A stretch of 64,000 bases of DNA from Bacteroidota bacterium (GTDB lineage: Bacteria > Bacteroidota > Bacteroidia > AKYH767-A > 2013-40CM-41-45): NCBI GenBank assembly GCA_043787975.1, contig JAYVUK010000032.1:2577-66576 (forward strand). Direction: 5' to 3'. Position 1 is the first letter of the stretch. Each line of letters starts with the position of its first letter. Position numbers and translations under genes: made by a program. Shown piece by piece: positions 1 through 9,782 of this stretch. Below the pieces are notes generated by a model. That model searched no databases. It worked only from the letters and a program-made list of their open reading frames with translations, and was not told the DNA's origin.

Positions 1-795
1 AGACATGATAAAGTGCAAATCATTTCCTGCACAGGAGCGAATCTGGAAGAAGACATTATGAATCTCGTGGCTCACAATCACTACAAACGTGTTCCGAATT
101 ACCGCGACCTCAGCCCGAAGGAAGAATGGGATCTGTTGGAGAATCATTACAACCGTGTGACCGATACATGCATCCCAGAAGAAGAAGCGTTTCGCAGGTT
201 GCAGAAACACATTCACAAAATCTGGAAGGATGCCGAAACAAAAGGCGAGCGTTTTTTTCCGCATGAATACATGTACAAGATTTTGTTGAGTGGTGAGTTG
301 AAGCAGTATTATGAAATTGACCCGAAGAACAGCTGGATGCTTGCTGCGGCAGAAAAAAATATTCCGATCATTGTTCCGGGCTGGGAAGACAGCACGATGG
401 GAAACATCTTTGCTTCGTATGTCATCAAGAATGAACTGAAGGCGAGCACGATGAAAAGTGGGATCGAATACATGGTGTGGTTGAGTGATTGGTACCGTAA
501 GAATTCTTCCGGTAAAGGAGTTGGATTTTTCCAGATCGGCGGTGGCATTGCAGGAGACTTCCCGATTTGCGTTGTGCCAATGATGTACCAGGATCTGGAA
601 TGGCATGATGTACCGTTCTGGAGTTACTTCTGCCAGATCAGTGATTCAACGACAAGCTACGGTTCTTACAGCGGTGCTGTTCCGAACGAAAAAATTACCT
701 GGGGAAAACTCGATATCAACACACCGAAATTTATTATTGAAAGCGATGCTTCTATTGTTGCTCCGCTGGTATTCGGTTGGTTATTGGGTTGGTAA
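1..795 (+). CDS. deoxyhypusine synthase family protein (3' portion; 5' end lies upstream of window)
   Basis: Frame is open back to position 1. The C-terminus (SGAVPNEKITWGKLDINTPKFIIESDASIVAPLVFGWLL) aligns with the conserved DHS C-terminus (SGARPDEAVSWGKI...ADASLVFPLL). Confidence 0.65.
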   Translation, partial: RHDKVQIISCTGANLEEDIMNLVAHNHYKRVPNYRDLSPKEEWDLLENHYNRVTDTCIPEEEAFRRLQKHIHKIWKDAETKGERFFPHEYMYKILLSGELKQYYEIDPKNSWMLAAAEKNIPIIVPGWEDSTMGNIFASYVIKNELKASTMKSGIEYMVWLSDWYRKNSSGKGVGFFQIGGGIAGDFPICVVPMMYQDLEWHDVPFWSYFCQISDSTTSYGSYSGAVPNEKITWGKLDINTPKFIIESDASIVAPLVFGWLLGW

Positions 796-855
796 ATTGT
801 AGTTCAAAGTTCTTAGTTCAAAGTTGGCGCTCCGTAACTAAGAACTTTGAACTAC
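790..855. terminator. perfect 20-bp inverted repeat (gtagttcaaagttcttagtt / aactaagaactttgaactac) between convergent genes; probable bidirectional terminator
   Basis: Seen directly: arms at 790-809 and 836-855, placed between the stop codons of the DHS-like gene (+) and anmK (-). Confidence 0.6.
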
Positions 856-1919
856 AAATAAATTGCTCCGCCAACAGAATCTGTTTTCGCGCCCGTCACA
901 CTTTTCAAACAATTCACTTCTCCTCTCCAGCGAAGCACGCCGAGAAAGGCAAAGATTAATGCTTCCTTGTATTGGATTGTTGTTTCATCGGGAATGATAA
1001 TTTCTATTCCCGACAATTCCCGAATTCTCGAAACAAGATATGTGTTGAAGGTGCCGCCGCCGGTAATAAGAAGCCGACTGTTTGCTGCCGCCGGCCGACT
1101 GTTGACGATGACATTGGAGATCTGAATGGCAATGTGTTCGCAAAAGGTATTCAGTTTGTCCTGTGCGGAAATACCCATTGAATTGAGTACAGGAAAAAAA
1201 TTTTCGTCAATATCTTCTCTTCCCAACGACTTTTGAGAACCGATAGAATAAAAAGGGAGCGCATTCAATTTTTTCAGAAGTTCAGAATTCAAATTTCCAC
1301 CGGAAGCAAATTCGCCTTTGTCATCATACTCTTTGCCGAGCTGTATGGAAAAATAATTCAATACGATGTTGCACGGACATACATCAAAAGCAATTCTTTT
1401 TTTATCCAGGTCAAAAGAAACGTTCGCAATACCTCCAAGATTAAGACAAAAATCATAGTGAGGAAAAAGATACTGGTCTCCGATCGGAACGAGTGGAGCG
1501 CCTTGTCCGCCTAATGCCACATCTTTGCTTCTGAAATCGCATACTACCGGAAGTCCGCATTCGGCACTGATCGCAGCACCATCACCAATTTGAGAAGTAA
1601 AAATATGTTGCGGCTGATGAAAAATAGTATGGCCGTGAGAGGCAACAAAGTCAACCTTGATTTTATTTTTTTCGATGAAATTTTTTACAAGCACGCCCAG
1701 GTAATGCCCGTATTCTGCATGTGTATTTGCAAATGTCTGCGCCTCCTTCGTGTTAAGCGAAGACAACTTTTTTTTCCAGGGATCATTGTAGACGATGGTT
1801 GTCGATGCTTTTATTTCAAAATCCCAATCAGCTCCGTCTTTCTTAAAGTGGCAATAAGCGAGATCAACGCCATCCAGCGAGGTTCCCGACATGATACCAA
1901 TGACTTTGTATTCCTGCAT
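852..1919 (-). CDS. anmK: anhydro-N-acetylmuramic acid kinase
   Basis: The MQEYKVIGIMSGTSLDGVDLA N-terminus and overall AnmK similarity. The start is taken at the internal Met (1919) rather than the ORF-track start at 2009. Confidence 0.85.
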   Translation of the reverse strand: MQEYKVIGIMSGTSLDGVDLAYCHFKKDGADWDFEIKASTTIVYNDPWKKKLSSLNTKEAQTFANTHAEYGHYLGVLVKNFIEKNKIKVDFVASHGHTIFHQPQHIFTSQIGDGAAISAECGLPVVCDFRSKDVALGGQGAPLVPIGDQYLFPHYDFCLNLGGIANVSFDLDKKRIAFDVCPCNIVLNYFSIQLGKEYDDKGEFASGGNLNSELLKKLNALPFYSIGSQKSLGREDIDENFFPVLNSMGISAQDKLNTFCEHIAIQISNVIVNSRPAAANSRLLITGGGTFNTYLVSRIRELSGIEIIIPDETTIQYKEALIFAFLGVLRWRGEVNCLKSVTGAKTDSVGGAIYL

Positions 1920-2049
1920 AATTGACTGCGAAGTAACAGGAAGAACATGGAAATGGGAAATCATTTGAAGGTGAAAACAAAATATTTCTGCACAATCTTC
2001 TATCTTCAAGCAAATAAATTATTTTTGTCACTCTTTAAACCATATGTAA

Positions 2050-3189
2050 ATGAAATTTGAACTGAGTGAAGAACATTTGATGATTCAAAAAGCTGCACGT
2101 GATTTTGCGCAGACCGAACTGAAGCCCGGCGTAATTGAGCGGGATGAGCATCAAAAGTTTCCGAAGGAGCAGGTGAAGATGATGGGTGAGTTGGGTTTTC
2201 TGGGAATGATGGTGAGTCAGAAATATGGCGGAGGAGGAATGGATACCATTTCGTATGTGTTGGCAATGGAAGAGATTTCAAAAATCGATGCTTCTGCGTC
2301 AGTAGTGATGTCCGTAAATAATTCGTTGGTGTGTTGGGGACTAGAAGCGTTTGGAACGGAAGAACAGAAACAAAAATATTTAGTGCCGCTGGCAAAGGGA
2401 GATGTTATTGGAGCATTTTGTTTAAGTGAGCCGGAAGCCGGTTCAGATGCGACTTCGCAGCATACGACAGCAGTTGATAAAGGCGATCATTATTTATTGA
2501 ACGGAACAAAGAACTGGATTACCAACGGTGGAACTGCTTCTACGTACCTGGTGATGGCGCAAACCGATGTTGCAAAGGGATCAAGAGGAATCAATGCATT
2601 GATTGTCGAAAAGGGAATGCCGGGATTTACAGTCGGGCCGAAAGAAAATAAATTAGGTATTCGTGGAAGCGATACACATTCTCTGATGTTTACCGACGTA
2701 AAAGTTCCGAAAGCGAACCGTATCGGTGAAGACGGTTTTGGATTTAAGTTCGCGATGAAAACATTGACCGGTGGCCGCATCGGAATAGCATCACAGGCAT
2801 TGGGTATTGCAAGCGGAGCGTATGAATTGGCGTTGGCTTATTCAAAAGAACGTAAAGCATTCGGTAAAACGATTTCACAACACCAGGCGATTCAATTCAA
2901 ACTTGCCGACATGGCAACGGAAATTGATGCAGCTCGTTTGTTATGTCTCAAAGCTGCATGGTTAAAAGATAAGGGAGAAGATTATTCGTTGGCCTCATCG
3001 ATGGCGAAACTTTTTGCTTCTCGTGTTGCGATGGAAGTTTCAACGGAAGCCGTGCAGGTTCACGGCGGTTACGGATACGTAAAAGAATTTCATGTGGAAC
3101 GCCTCATGCGCGATGCAAAGATCACACAGATCTATGAAGGAACTTCCGAAGTGCAGAAGATTGTGATTTCACGGGCGATACTTGGGTAG
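2050..3189 (+). CDS. acyl-CoA dehydrogenase (short-chain/butyryl-CoA dehydrogenase-like)
   Basis: Full-length acyl-CoA dehydrogenase (ACAD) motifs (GAFCLSEPEAGSDA, YEGTSEVQ) are present. Confidence 0.9.
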   Translation: MKFELSEEHLMIQKAARDFAQTELKPGVIERDEHQKFPKEQVKMMGELGFLGMMVSQKYGGGGMDTISYVLAMEEISKIDASASVVMSVNNSLVCWGLEAFGTEEQKQKYLVPLAKGDVIGAFCLSEPEAGSDATSQHTTAVDKGDHYLLNGTKNWITNGGTASTYLVMAQTDVAKGSRGINALIVEKGMPGFTVGPKENKLGIRGSDTHSLMFTDVKVPKANRIGEDGFGFKFAMKTLTGGRIGIASQALGIASGAYELALAYSKERKAFGKTISQHQAIQFKLADMATEIDAARLLCLKAAWLKDKGEDYSLASSMAKLFASRVAMEVSTEAVQVHGGYGYVKEFHVERLMRDAKITQIYEGTSEVQKIVISRAILG

Positions 3190-3255
3190 TTTGGAGTTTT
3201 TAGTTCGCGGAGTTCAGAATTAAAATTATATTTGTGTATTGTAATTTTTATTCGA

Positions 3256-4794
3256 ATGAACCGAATCGCGTTTTTAACTATTCTTCTTTTGTCTCTTTAT
3301 TCTCCGCACTGTTCTGAAGCACAATCTTTATTTGATAAGAAATATCTGCAACCGGAATGGGTTTGCCAATTGGTACAGGTTGATATTTCGGGGAATGTTT
3401 ATGTAGCATCTACAAATACGAATGCTAAAATTGTGATTACCAAATTTGATTCTACAGGAAATATTAGTTGGAGTAAGATCGCAGGTCTGGGAGAACGCAA
3501 TTTTGTAGTTGATTTTATCATTACAGAAGAGCAAAAACTTGTTATTGCATTTAGATTAGACAGCGGAAGTTTTAGCAGTTATCTTGCAGGAGGTTTTATG
3601 GGGTTGGATACTTCGGGGAATTTACTTTTTTCAAAAGTCTTTAATTATAATGATACATTGAATTATCCGCAAAATATTATTAAGGATTCTACGGGATTTA
3701 CAATGACTCTTAGATATGATGATCTGAATCATGACGGATTTAAGCTGGTTAAATTTGATGACAATGGTGCTATCCTTCAGGAGAGATTTTTTCCCAATAG
3801 TGATATGGTAAGAGTTCTGAAATTACCTGATCGCAGTTACATGGTATGTTCCAAATTTGATTTAACTGTTTATTTAATTGATCGCGATTTTATCCAGGAA
3901 AAGGTGTTTAATTGCGGAGCAGGGCTTGAACAATATTATCAAAGTAAAATGATACTAGGTGCAGATAGTCTGGTATATATTATAAGCAAGGATCTTAGTA
4001 ATTATGCCTGGGTATCATGTACTGATTTTAATTTGACATTTGAATGGTCAAAAAATTTTGCGTTAAATGATCCAACGCAGGCATTCTATTTAACCGATAT
4101 ACATCAATTGTCGGATAGAAGCTGGATATTGATTGGGAATATTAATTCAAGCGATGAAGAAAACAACCAGAGTAAAATATTAATTCATGCCGATACTTCG
4201 TTTAATTGCCTAAAGACCGTTAGCCTGAAGGGATCTTCTTTTGTTCCTGATTTTTATTCAGAATCTGTACTGTCAACAAACAATGAAATTGTTTTTACAG
4301 GCAATCATGTAGATACAGCCGGTTTTCCTTTTCCCGATTTTGAATTAATTAAAGCGGATACTTCGTTTTCCTATATATGCAATTCGAATGAAATTTTGCT
4401 ACAGGAGTATTCTCCTATAGAATATGGTTTTTTTAACATTTCCAATGTTAGTTCAGAAGTCTTACCCTCTTCGTTATCTGATATAGTTTTTCCTGTTTCG
4501 GATTATATTCCACAATATGGTTCGTGTGATGATTCAACACTTTTAAGTATTTCTGATAACAGTCAGCGAGAACTCTTAATTTATCCTAACCCGACCAAAG
4601 ATAAAATTACTATACAAGACAATTTTATTGCTGATTCTTTTCAATTGTTTGATTTAACAGGAGAACTTTTAAAGAATGAAAATGTGTCTACTTCAAAATT
4701 TGAAATTGATTTAAGCAACTACAGCAACGGAATTTATTTCCTTACTCTCATTGGAAAAGGAAATCAGATCCACAAAAAAATTATCAAGGAGTAA
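3256..4794 (+). CDS. secreted beta-propeller-repeat protein with T9SS C-terminal sorting domain
   Basis: Signal peptide, repeated SGNxYV / DxxGNxxWSK propeller-like units, and a C-terminal Por secretion tail (LLIYPNPTKDKITIQ...NGIYFLTLIGKG). Confidence 0.7.
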   Translation: MNRIAFLTILLLSLYSPHCSEAQSLFDKKYLQPEWVCQLVQVDISGNVYVASTNTNAKIVITKFDSTGNISWSKIAGLGERNFVVDFIITEEQKLVIAFRLDSGSFSSYLAGGFMGLDTSGNLLFSKVFNYNDTLNYPQNIIKDSTGFTMTLRYDDLNHDGFKLVKFDDNGAILQERFFPNSDMVRVLKLPDRSYMVCSKFDLTVYLIDRDFIQEKVFNCGAGLEQYYQSKMILGADSLVYIISKDLSNYAWVSCTDFNLTFEWSKNFALNDPTQAFYLTDIHQLSDRSWILIGNINSSDEENNQSKILIHADTSFNCLKTVSLKGSSFVPDFYSESVLSTNNEIVFTGNHVDTAGFPFPDFELIKADTSFSYICNSNEILLQEYSPIEYGFFNISNVSSEVLPSSLSDIVFPVSDYIPQYGSCDDSTLLSISDNSQRELLIYPNPTKDKITIQDNFIADSFQLFDLTGELLKNENVSTSKFEIDLSNYSNGIYFLTLIGKGNQIHKKIIKE

Positions 4795-4840
4795 AATTCT
4801 TGAATCAACTTGCGTGCATGCGAAGCTGCGTTCGCACTCG

Positions 4841-5092
4841 CTAAGTCTCAACTCCAACCGCCTCCACACCTTTTATTTCCGGAACGTGATTTAAAATGGT
4901 TTGTTCGATTCCTGCTCTCAACGTCATTGCGCTCATCGAACAATTGCTGCAGGCACCATGGAATTTTAATTTGACAACCATGTCATCCGTCACTTCCAGC
5001 AGGCTCACGTTGCCGCTGTCAGCTTCAAGATAAGGACGAATCTGGTTCAACGCTTCTTCGATACGTGAAATAAGATCAGTGCGATGTGTCAT
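4841..5092 (-). CDS. NifU-like Fe-S cluster assembly domain protein
   Basis: Nfu/NifU C-terminal domain with a CxxC motif (GACSNCSMS). The pairing with mrp is commonly conserved. Confidence 0.85.
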   Translation of the reverse strand: MTHRTDLISRIEEALNQIRPYLEADSGNVSLLEVTDDMVVKLKFHGACSNCSMSAMTLRAGIEQTILNHVPEIKGVEAVGVET

Positions 5093-5110
5093 TTTTAGTT
5101 TAAGGTTTAA

Positions 5111-5151
5111 GGTTTAAAGTCTAAGGCCATTCGTTCTTTGAACTTTAAACC
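5111..5151. terminator. 10-bp inverted repeat (ggtttaaagt / actttaaacc) between mrp and nifU-like genes; intercistronic stem-loop
   Basis: Seen directly in the sequence. Confidence 0.35.
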
Positions 5152-5173
5152 GTAGATATTAAACGTTAAACTA

Positions 5174-6274
5174 TTAAGCAAGTGTTTCTACTTTTTTCGT
5201 CGGAGCATAATTCGCATTGCGGATGGAAACCTGCCGAGTAACCTGGTCGGCAATTTCGGTGAATGCATTTGATACAGGTGTGTCGTTATCCAGCACAGCA
5301 GGATGTCCGCTGTCTCCGCCTTCACGAATGCTTTGCACCAATGGAATCTGTCCGAGAAAAGGAACATTCATGTCATCTGCTAATTTTCTGCAACCATCTT
5401 TTCCGAAGATGTAATATTTATTTTCAGGCAACTCAGCCGGAGTGAAGTAGGCCATGTTTTCAACCAATCCCAAGACCGGAACATTCACAGCAGGAAGTTG
5501 AAACATGTTGATTCCCTTTTGTGCATCAGCTAAGGCAACATGTTGCGGAGTACTTACAACAACAGCTCCTGTCAATGGAACTGCGGAAACCAACGTAAGA
5601 TGAATATCGCCTGTTCCCGGAGGAAGATCAATGAGCATGTAATCGAGATCGCCCCAGTCAGCATCGCTGAAAAGTTGTCGCAATGCTTTGCTTGCCATCG
5701 GACCACGCCACGGAATGGCTCTTCCCGGATCAACTAAAAATCCAATGGACAAAAGTTTGACACCGTATTTTTCTAGCGGAAGCATAAATGTTTTTCCATC
5801 GCGCTCATTGACAAACAAACGCTCATGCTCGAGTCCGAACATGATGTGTTGCGATGGTCCGTAAATGTCGGCATCAATCAATCCTACTTTCGCACCTTTC
5901 TTCGCCAATGCCACGGCAAGATTGGCGGCAACGGTTGATTTGCCGACTCCACCTTTTCCGGAAGCAACGGCGACAATATTTTTAACGCCCGGTAACAACA
6001 CATCGTCTTTCACTCTTCCTGTTGTGGTGCGCGAAGTCATGTTCACTGTCACGTTCGCTTCAGTATCAACAAAATGAACGATGGCATTGATGCATGCCTT
6101 TTCTATCAAAGCTTTCAACGGACACGCAGGAGTGGTAAGGATCACGGTGAAGCTTACATTTTTTCCGTCAACCTGAATATCTTCAATCATGTTAAGGGTG
6201 ACTAAATCTTTTTTCAGATCAGGCTCTTCAACATAACGAAGAGCGTCAAGTACTTGTTCTTTGGTGATGGACAT
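5174..6274 (-). CDS. apbC: Fe-S cluster carrier ATPase Mrp/ApbC (NBP35 family) with N-terminal DUF59/MIP18 domain
   Basis: Walker A motif SGKGGVGKST, a CxxC motif, and ParA/Mrp family similarity. Confidence 0.9.
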   Translation of the reverse strand: MSITKEQVLDALRYVEEPDLKKDLVTLNMIEDIQVDGKNVSFTVILTTPACPLKALIEKACINAIVHFVDTEANVTVNMTSRTTTGRVKDDVLLPGVKNIVAVASGKGGVGKSTVAANLAVALAKKGAKVGLIDADIYGPSQHIMFGLEHERLFVNERDGKTFMLPLEKYGVKLLSIGFLVDPGRAIPWRGPMASKALRQLFSDADWGDLDYMLIDLPPGTGDIHLTLVSAVPLTGAVVVSTPQHVALADAQKGINMFQLPAVNVPVLGLVENMAYFTPAELPENKYYIFGKDGCRKLADDMNVPFLGQIPLVQSIREGGDSGHPAVLDNDTPVSNAFTEIADQVTRQVSIRNANYAPTKKVETLA

Positions 6275-6366
6275 GAGGGAAATTATGAATTATAAATGCT
6301 GAATTATGAATTTTTTCAAAGGTACAAAACCCTGTCTAAATCATGAATGGGAGAAGTTAGTCATCA

Positions 6367-6500
6367 GTTTGAAGAAAGATTCCTCGCTTCGCTCGGAATG
6401 AGATCTTGTATAGGCGGAAATAGGCGGGCTTAAGCCCGCCTCCCAACCTAAATTGCATTGTCATTCCGAGCGAAGCGAGGAATCTTTCTTCTAACTGACA
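6367..6500. repeat. large palindromic element: 31-bp perfect inverted repeat (gaagaaagattcctcgcttcgctcggaatga) flanking a GC hairpin (ggcgggcttaagcccgcc); MITE/REP-like or structured RNA
   Basis: Seen directly. The arm similarity extends imperfectly outward, and AT-rich TTCATAATT-type repeats flank the element at 6279-6312 and 6528-6560. Confidence 0.6.
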
Positions 6501-6553
6501 TTATCGGTAAAGAATGACTTCTCAGTCTTAATTCATAATTTATAATTCATCAT

Positions 6554-6895
6554 TCATAATTCTTTTTCCGGGTCCCAGAAAAGTTTTTTAAAATTCTGCA
6601 CCTGGTCTTTTTTTACCACGATCTTTTCTTTGGCAAGTAGCTCTTCCATTTTTGTCGGGGAACCAAAATGATGTTTGCCTGTAAGAAGTCCGGTACGGTT
6701 TACCACACGGTGAGCAGGAACTTTCGGACGCACATGTTGAGTATTGTTCATAGCCCAACCTACCATTCGGGCGGAACGTGCTGTGCCAAGATATTTTGCA
6801 ATGGCTCCATACGATGTCACTCTTCCCTTCGGAATGAGTCGAGTCACAGCGTAGACCTGTTCAAAAAAGGAATCGAGATTTTTTTCTTTACTCAT
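6554..6895 (-). CDS. alkyltransferase-like protein (MGMT/Ogt DNA-binding domain family with active-site Cys replaced: VPAHRVV)
   Basis: MGMT C-terminal domain fold (YGAIA...PAHRVVN) in which Ala replaces the PCHRV cysteine. Confidence 0.75.
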   Translation of the reverse strand: MSKEKNLDSFFEQVYAVTRLIPKGRVTSYGAIAKYLGTARSARMVGWAMNNTQHVRPKVPAHRVVNRTGLLTGKHHFGSPTKMEELLAKEKIVVKKDQVQNFKKLFWDPEKEL

Positions 6896-7557
6896 TGCAA
6901 CCGGAATTTCAGGTAACAGATTTTTTTATCCTGCTGAAGAAAAATTTTCTCATAGGTTGTTTTAATATCGAGTACATCATCGTGCAAGTCTGAATCGTAC
7001 ACATCGTTGGTTGACGCAAGCAAGGGTAAATTATTTTCATGAATGACACCAAGCGTGTATTCATACAAACCAAGGCTATCGGTTTTCAGGTGGACTGTTC
7101 CGTCTTTCCTGAGGAGGTTTTTATACATCGTAAGAAACCGGAGTGATGTTAAACGTTTCTGTTCGCGGCTTTGCTGTGGCTGCGGATCAGGAAATGTAAT
7201 CCATACTTCATCCACTTCGTTCGAGGCAAAATAATTTTCAATCCGCTGAATTTGTATCCTGAGAAAAGCAACATGTTTCATTTCATTTTCCAAAGCAGAT
7301 TTTGCACCTCTCCACAAACGCGCACCTTTGAAATCAATTCCGATGTAATTGTTACTTGGAAATTTCTCTGCAAGATTGATCGTGTATTCACCTCTACCAC
7401 AACCCAATTCAAGAACTAAAGGATGATTATTTTTAAAAAAATTTTCATTCCAATTTCCTTTCATCTCATGGTCAACAGGCGGATAAATGTTTCCGGGTTG
7501 AAAAACATTCGGAAAAATTTCATTTTCAGCAAACCGCTGCAGTTTTCTTTTGGTCAT
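6892..7557 (-). CDS. trmB: tRNA (guanine46-N7)-methyltransferase
   Basis: The LELGCGRGE SAM-binding motif and the FPDPQPQ...KRL TrmB signature. The gene overlaps the upstream gene by 4 bp. Confidence 0.88.
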   Translation of the reverse strand: MTKRKLQRFAENEIFPNVFQPGNIYPPVDHEMKGNWNENFFKNNHPLVLELGCGRGEYTINLAEKFPSNNYIGIDFKGARLWRGAKSALENEMKHVAFLRIQIQRIENYFASNEVDEVWITFPDPQPQQSREQKRLTSLRFLTMYKNLLRKDGTVHLKTDSLGLYEYTLGVIHENNLPLLASTNDVYDSDLHDDVLDIKTTYEKIFLQQDKKICYLKFRLQ

Positions 7558-7664
7558 AAGTACTAAATACGAATTTTTACGAAGGTACGAATGAAAGGTA
7601 TTTTTCTAAAGAAAAACTGCTTCAGTATTCGTAAATTCGCAACCCTTATTCGTATTTCGCTGTT

Positions 7665-8738
7665 ATGAAAGTTCTTGTTGCACCTCTCGATTGGGGTCTA
7701 GGGCATGCCACACGATGTATTCCTGTTATCCGGAAGTTAATCCGGCAGGGAGACGAAGTGTTGATTGCTTCAGATGGAAAAATTGAGAAACTTTTAAAAA
7801 AGGAATTCCCGGAGTTAACTTTTGTTTTCCTCCGCGGCTATGACGTGAGCTATTCATCTTTTCTTCCGATGCTTCTTTCCATGATTTTACAACTGCCGAA
7901 AATATGCTGGAGAATTTTCAGGGAACACAAAGAATTGGAGAAAATCATTCTGCGCTACAAGATTGATATGGTCATATCCGACAATCGATATGGGTTGTGG
8001 AACAAAAAAATTCACTCGGTTTTTATTACTCACCAGGTGATGATCAAGTGTCCACCAACGTTGAGGTTTCTGGAACCGGTTCTATATCGCATCCATAAAT
8101 ATTTTATTTCAAAATATAATGAGTGTCGCATTCCGGATGATGAGAAGAAACTTTCAGGAGACTTAGCGCATCATTATCCGCTTCCGCCAAATGCAAAATT
8201 CATCGGAATACTTTCGAGGTGGAAAGGAGAAAAGAAACATTCTTCAGAAAAAAAATATGATGTAATCGGTATTGCCAGCGGACCGGAACCTCATCGTACT
8301 AAGTTTGAAGAACTGTTGATTGAACAAATAAAAAAATCAGGATTGAACGGGTTGGTGATTTCAGGTAAGCCGGAAGAGCTGCAAGAAAAAAGAGTGAGTG
8401 ATAAACTTTTAATTATTCCTCATCTCGAAAGTAAAAGATTGCTGGAGGCAATCGCTTCTTCAAAAGTGGTGATCTGTCGTGCAGGATATTCCAGCATTAT
8501 GGATTTGGCAGCGATCGGAAAAAATGCAATTCTTATTCCTACTCCGGGGCAGACAGAACAAATATATCTGGGAGAGTATTTGAAGCAAAGAAAAGTCTTC
8601 TTCAGCATTTCTCAAAAACAATTTCAACTGAAAGAAGCGATGATTGAATCGGCAAACTATTCAGTTAAAAACTTACCGGCAGAAAAAATCTTCAAGATTC
8701 AACAGCCTACTCAGTATGAATTATTATTTCAGGAATAG
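7665..8738 (+). CDS. glycosyltransferase, family 28-like (MurG/UDP-glycosyltransferase superfamily)
   Basis: N-terminal GLGHATRCIPV motif and GT-B fold similarity. The substrate is unknown. Confidence 0.6.
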   Translation: MKVLVAPLDWGLGHATRCIPVIRKLIRQGDEVLIASDGKIEKLLKKEFPELTFVFLRGYDVSYSSFLPMLLSMILQLPKICWRIFREHKELEKIILRYKIDMVISDNRYGLWNKKIHSVFITHQVMIKCPPTLRFLEPVLYRIHKYFISKYNECRIPDDEKKLSGDLAHHYPLPPNAKFIGILSRWKGEKKHSSEKKYDVIGIASGPEPHRTKFEELLIEQIKKSGLNGLVISGKPEELQEKRVSDKLLIIPHLESKRLLEAIASSKVVICRAGYSSIMDLAAIGKNAILIPTPGQTEQIYLGEYLKQRKVFFSISQKQFQLKEAMIESANYSVKNLPAEKIFKIQQPTQYELLFQE

Positions 8739-9192
8739 TGATCACATTGCTTTTGTGTAATGCGCGGTCGCGGATATATACTTCATACCTCACTGTATCA
8801 TTCGGATGGCCGAATAAAAGGAAAACATCCGTTGCGATGTCTCCTTTCAGCGCTTTATTACTACCCGACGGAGTAAGGTATGGAATTGTTCCGCTGAAAA
8901 GAGAATCATTGCCATTACTTCCCCAGTTTCCGTTATGCAATGTATCCATGACCACGATAAAATCAGGCGGATCGTAAGCGCCCGGAGAATTGTTGCCAAG
9001 GTCACCGTCACCATCCGTAAAAGAAATCACAAGATGAGCGGACACGTCATGGGCACTGGCATCCTGCTGAACAGTAATGGACTTGAATGTAATTTCAGGA
9101 GTATCAGAATATAAATTCGGTTTTTTGCAACCAACAAGGGTTGCAAGTGCGATGACGATAACTAAATTTATTCTCTTAAATTTCATAAGCAA
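8707..9192 (-). CDS. hypothetical lipoprotein
   Basis: Signal peptide plus a lipobox (ATLVGC). I recognise no domain. The 3' end overlaps the convergent glycosyltransferase gene by 32 bp. Confidence 0.5.
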   Translation of the reverse strand: MLMKFKRINLVIVIALATLVGCKKPNLYSDTPEITFKSITVQQDASAHDVSAHLVISFTDGDGDLGNNSPGAYDPPDFIVVMDTLHNGNWGSNGNDSLFSGTIPYLTPSGSNKALKGDIATDVFLLFGHPNDTVRYEVYIRDRALHKSNVITIPEIIIHTE

Positions 9193-9253
9193 TCACAAAA
9201 TAATCTGATGTAAATTTACAAAAATATAAACGATCAGTCTTTAACTAAATTTT

Positions 9254-9766
9254 ATGGCAGTGATTAAGGAGATAAAAGGGATTCGCCCGAAGCTGGGACA
9301 ACATTGTTTTATTGCTGAGAATGCTACGCTGACCGGAGATGTTACACTTGGTGAAAATTGCAGTGTCTGGTTTAATGCTGTCATTCGCGGAGATGTCAAC
9401 TCAATTCGTATCGGTAACAAAGTGAATATACAGGATGGAGCGATTGTACATTGTACCTACCAGAAAGCAAAGACTGTCATTGGAAATTATTGCAACATCG
9501 GTCATAACGCCATCGTTCATGGTTGCACGCTTGAAGACAATGTGCTTATCGGTATGGGAGCGATTGTCATGGATCATGCTGTGGTTGAGAAATACTGTAT
9601 TGTTGCTGCAGGAGCCATTGTTCTTGAAAACATGAAACTTGAATCAGGACATATTTATGCCGGAGCACCGGCAAGAAAAATAAAGCCGATTACAGAAGAA
9701 CAGAAAAAATTATTGGATGAACTACCTGATCGGTATGTGATGTATGCGGGATGGTACAAGGAGTAG
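9254..9766 (+). CDS. gamma-class carbonic anhydrase family / hexapeptide-repeat protein (YrdA/PaaY-like)
   Basis: Left-handed beta-helix hexapeptide repeats and conserved His ligands. Confidence 0.85.
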   Translation: MAVIKEIKGIRPKLGQHCFIAENATLTGDVTLGENCSVWFNAVIRGDVNSIRIGNKVNIQDGAIVHCTYQKAKTVIGNYCNIGHNAIVHGCTLEDNVLIGMGAIVMDHAVVEKYCIVAAGAIVLENMKLESGHIYAGAPARKIKPITEEQKKLLDELPDRYVMYAGWYKE

Positions 9767-9782
9767 TTCGGAGTCAGAAACC

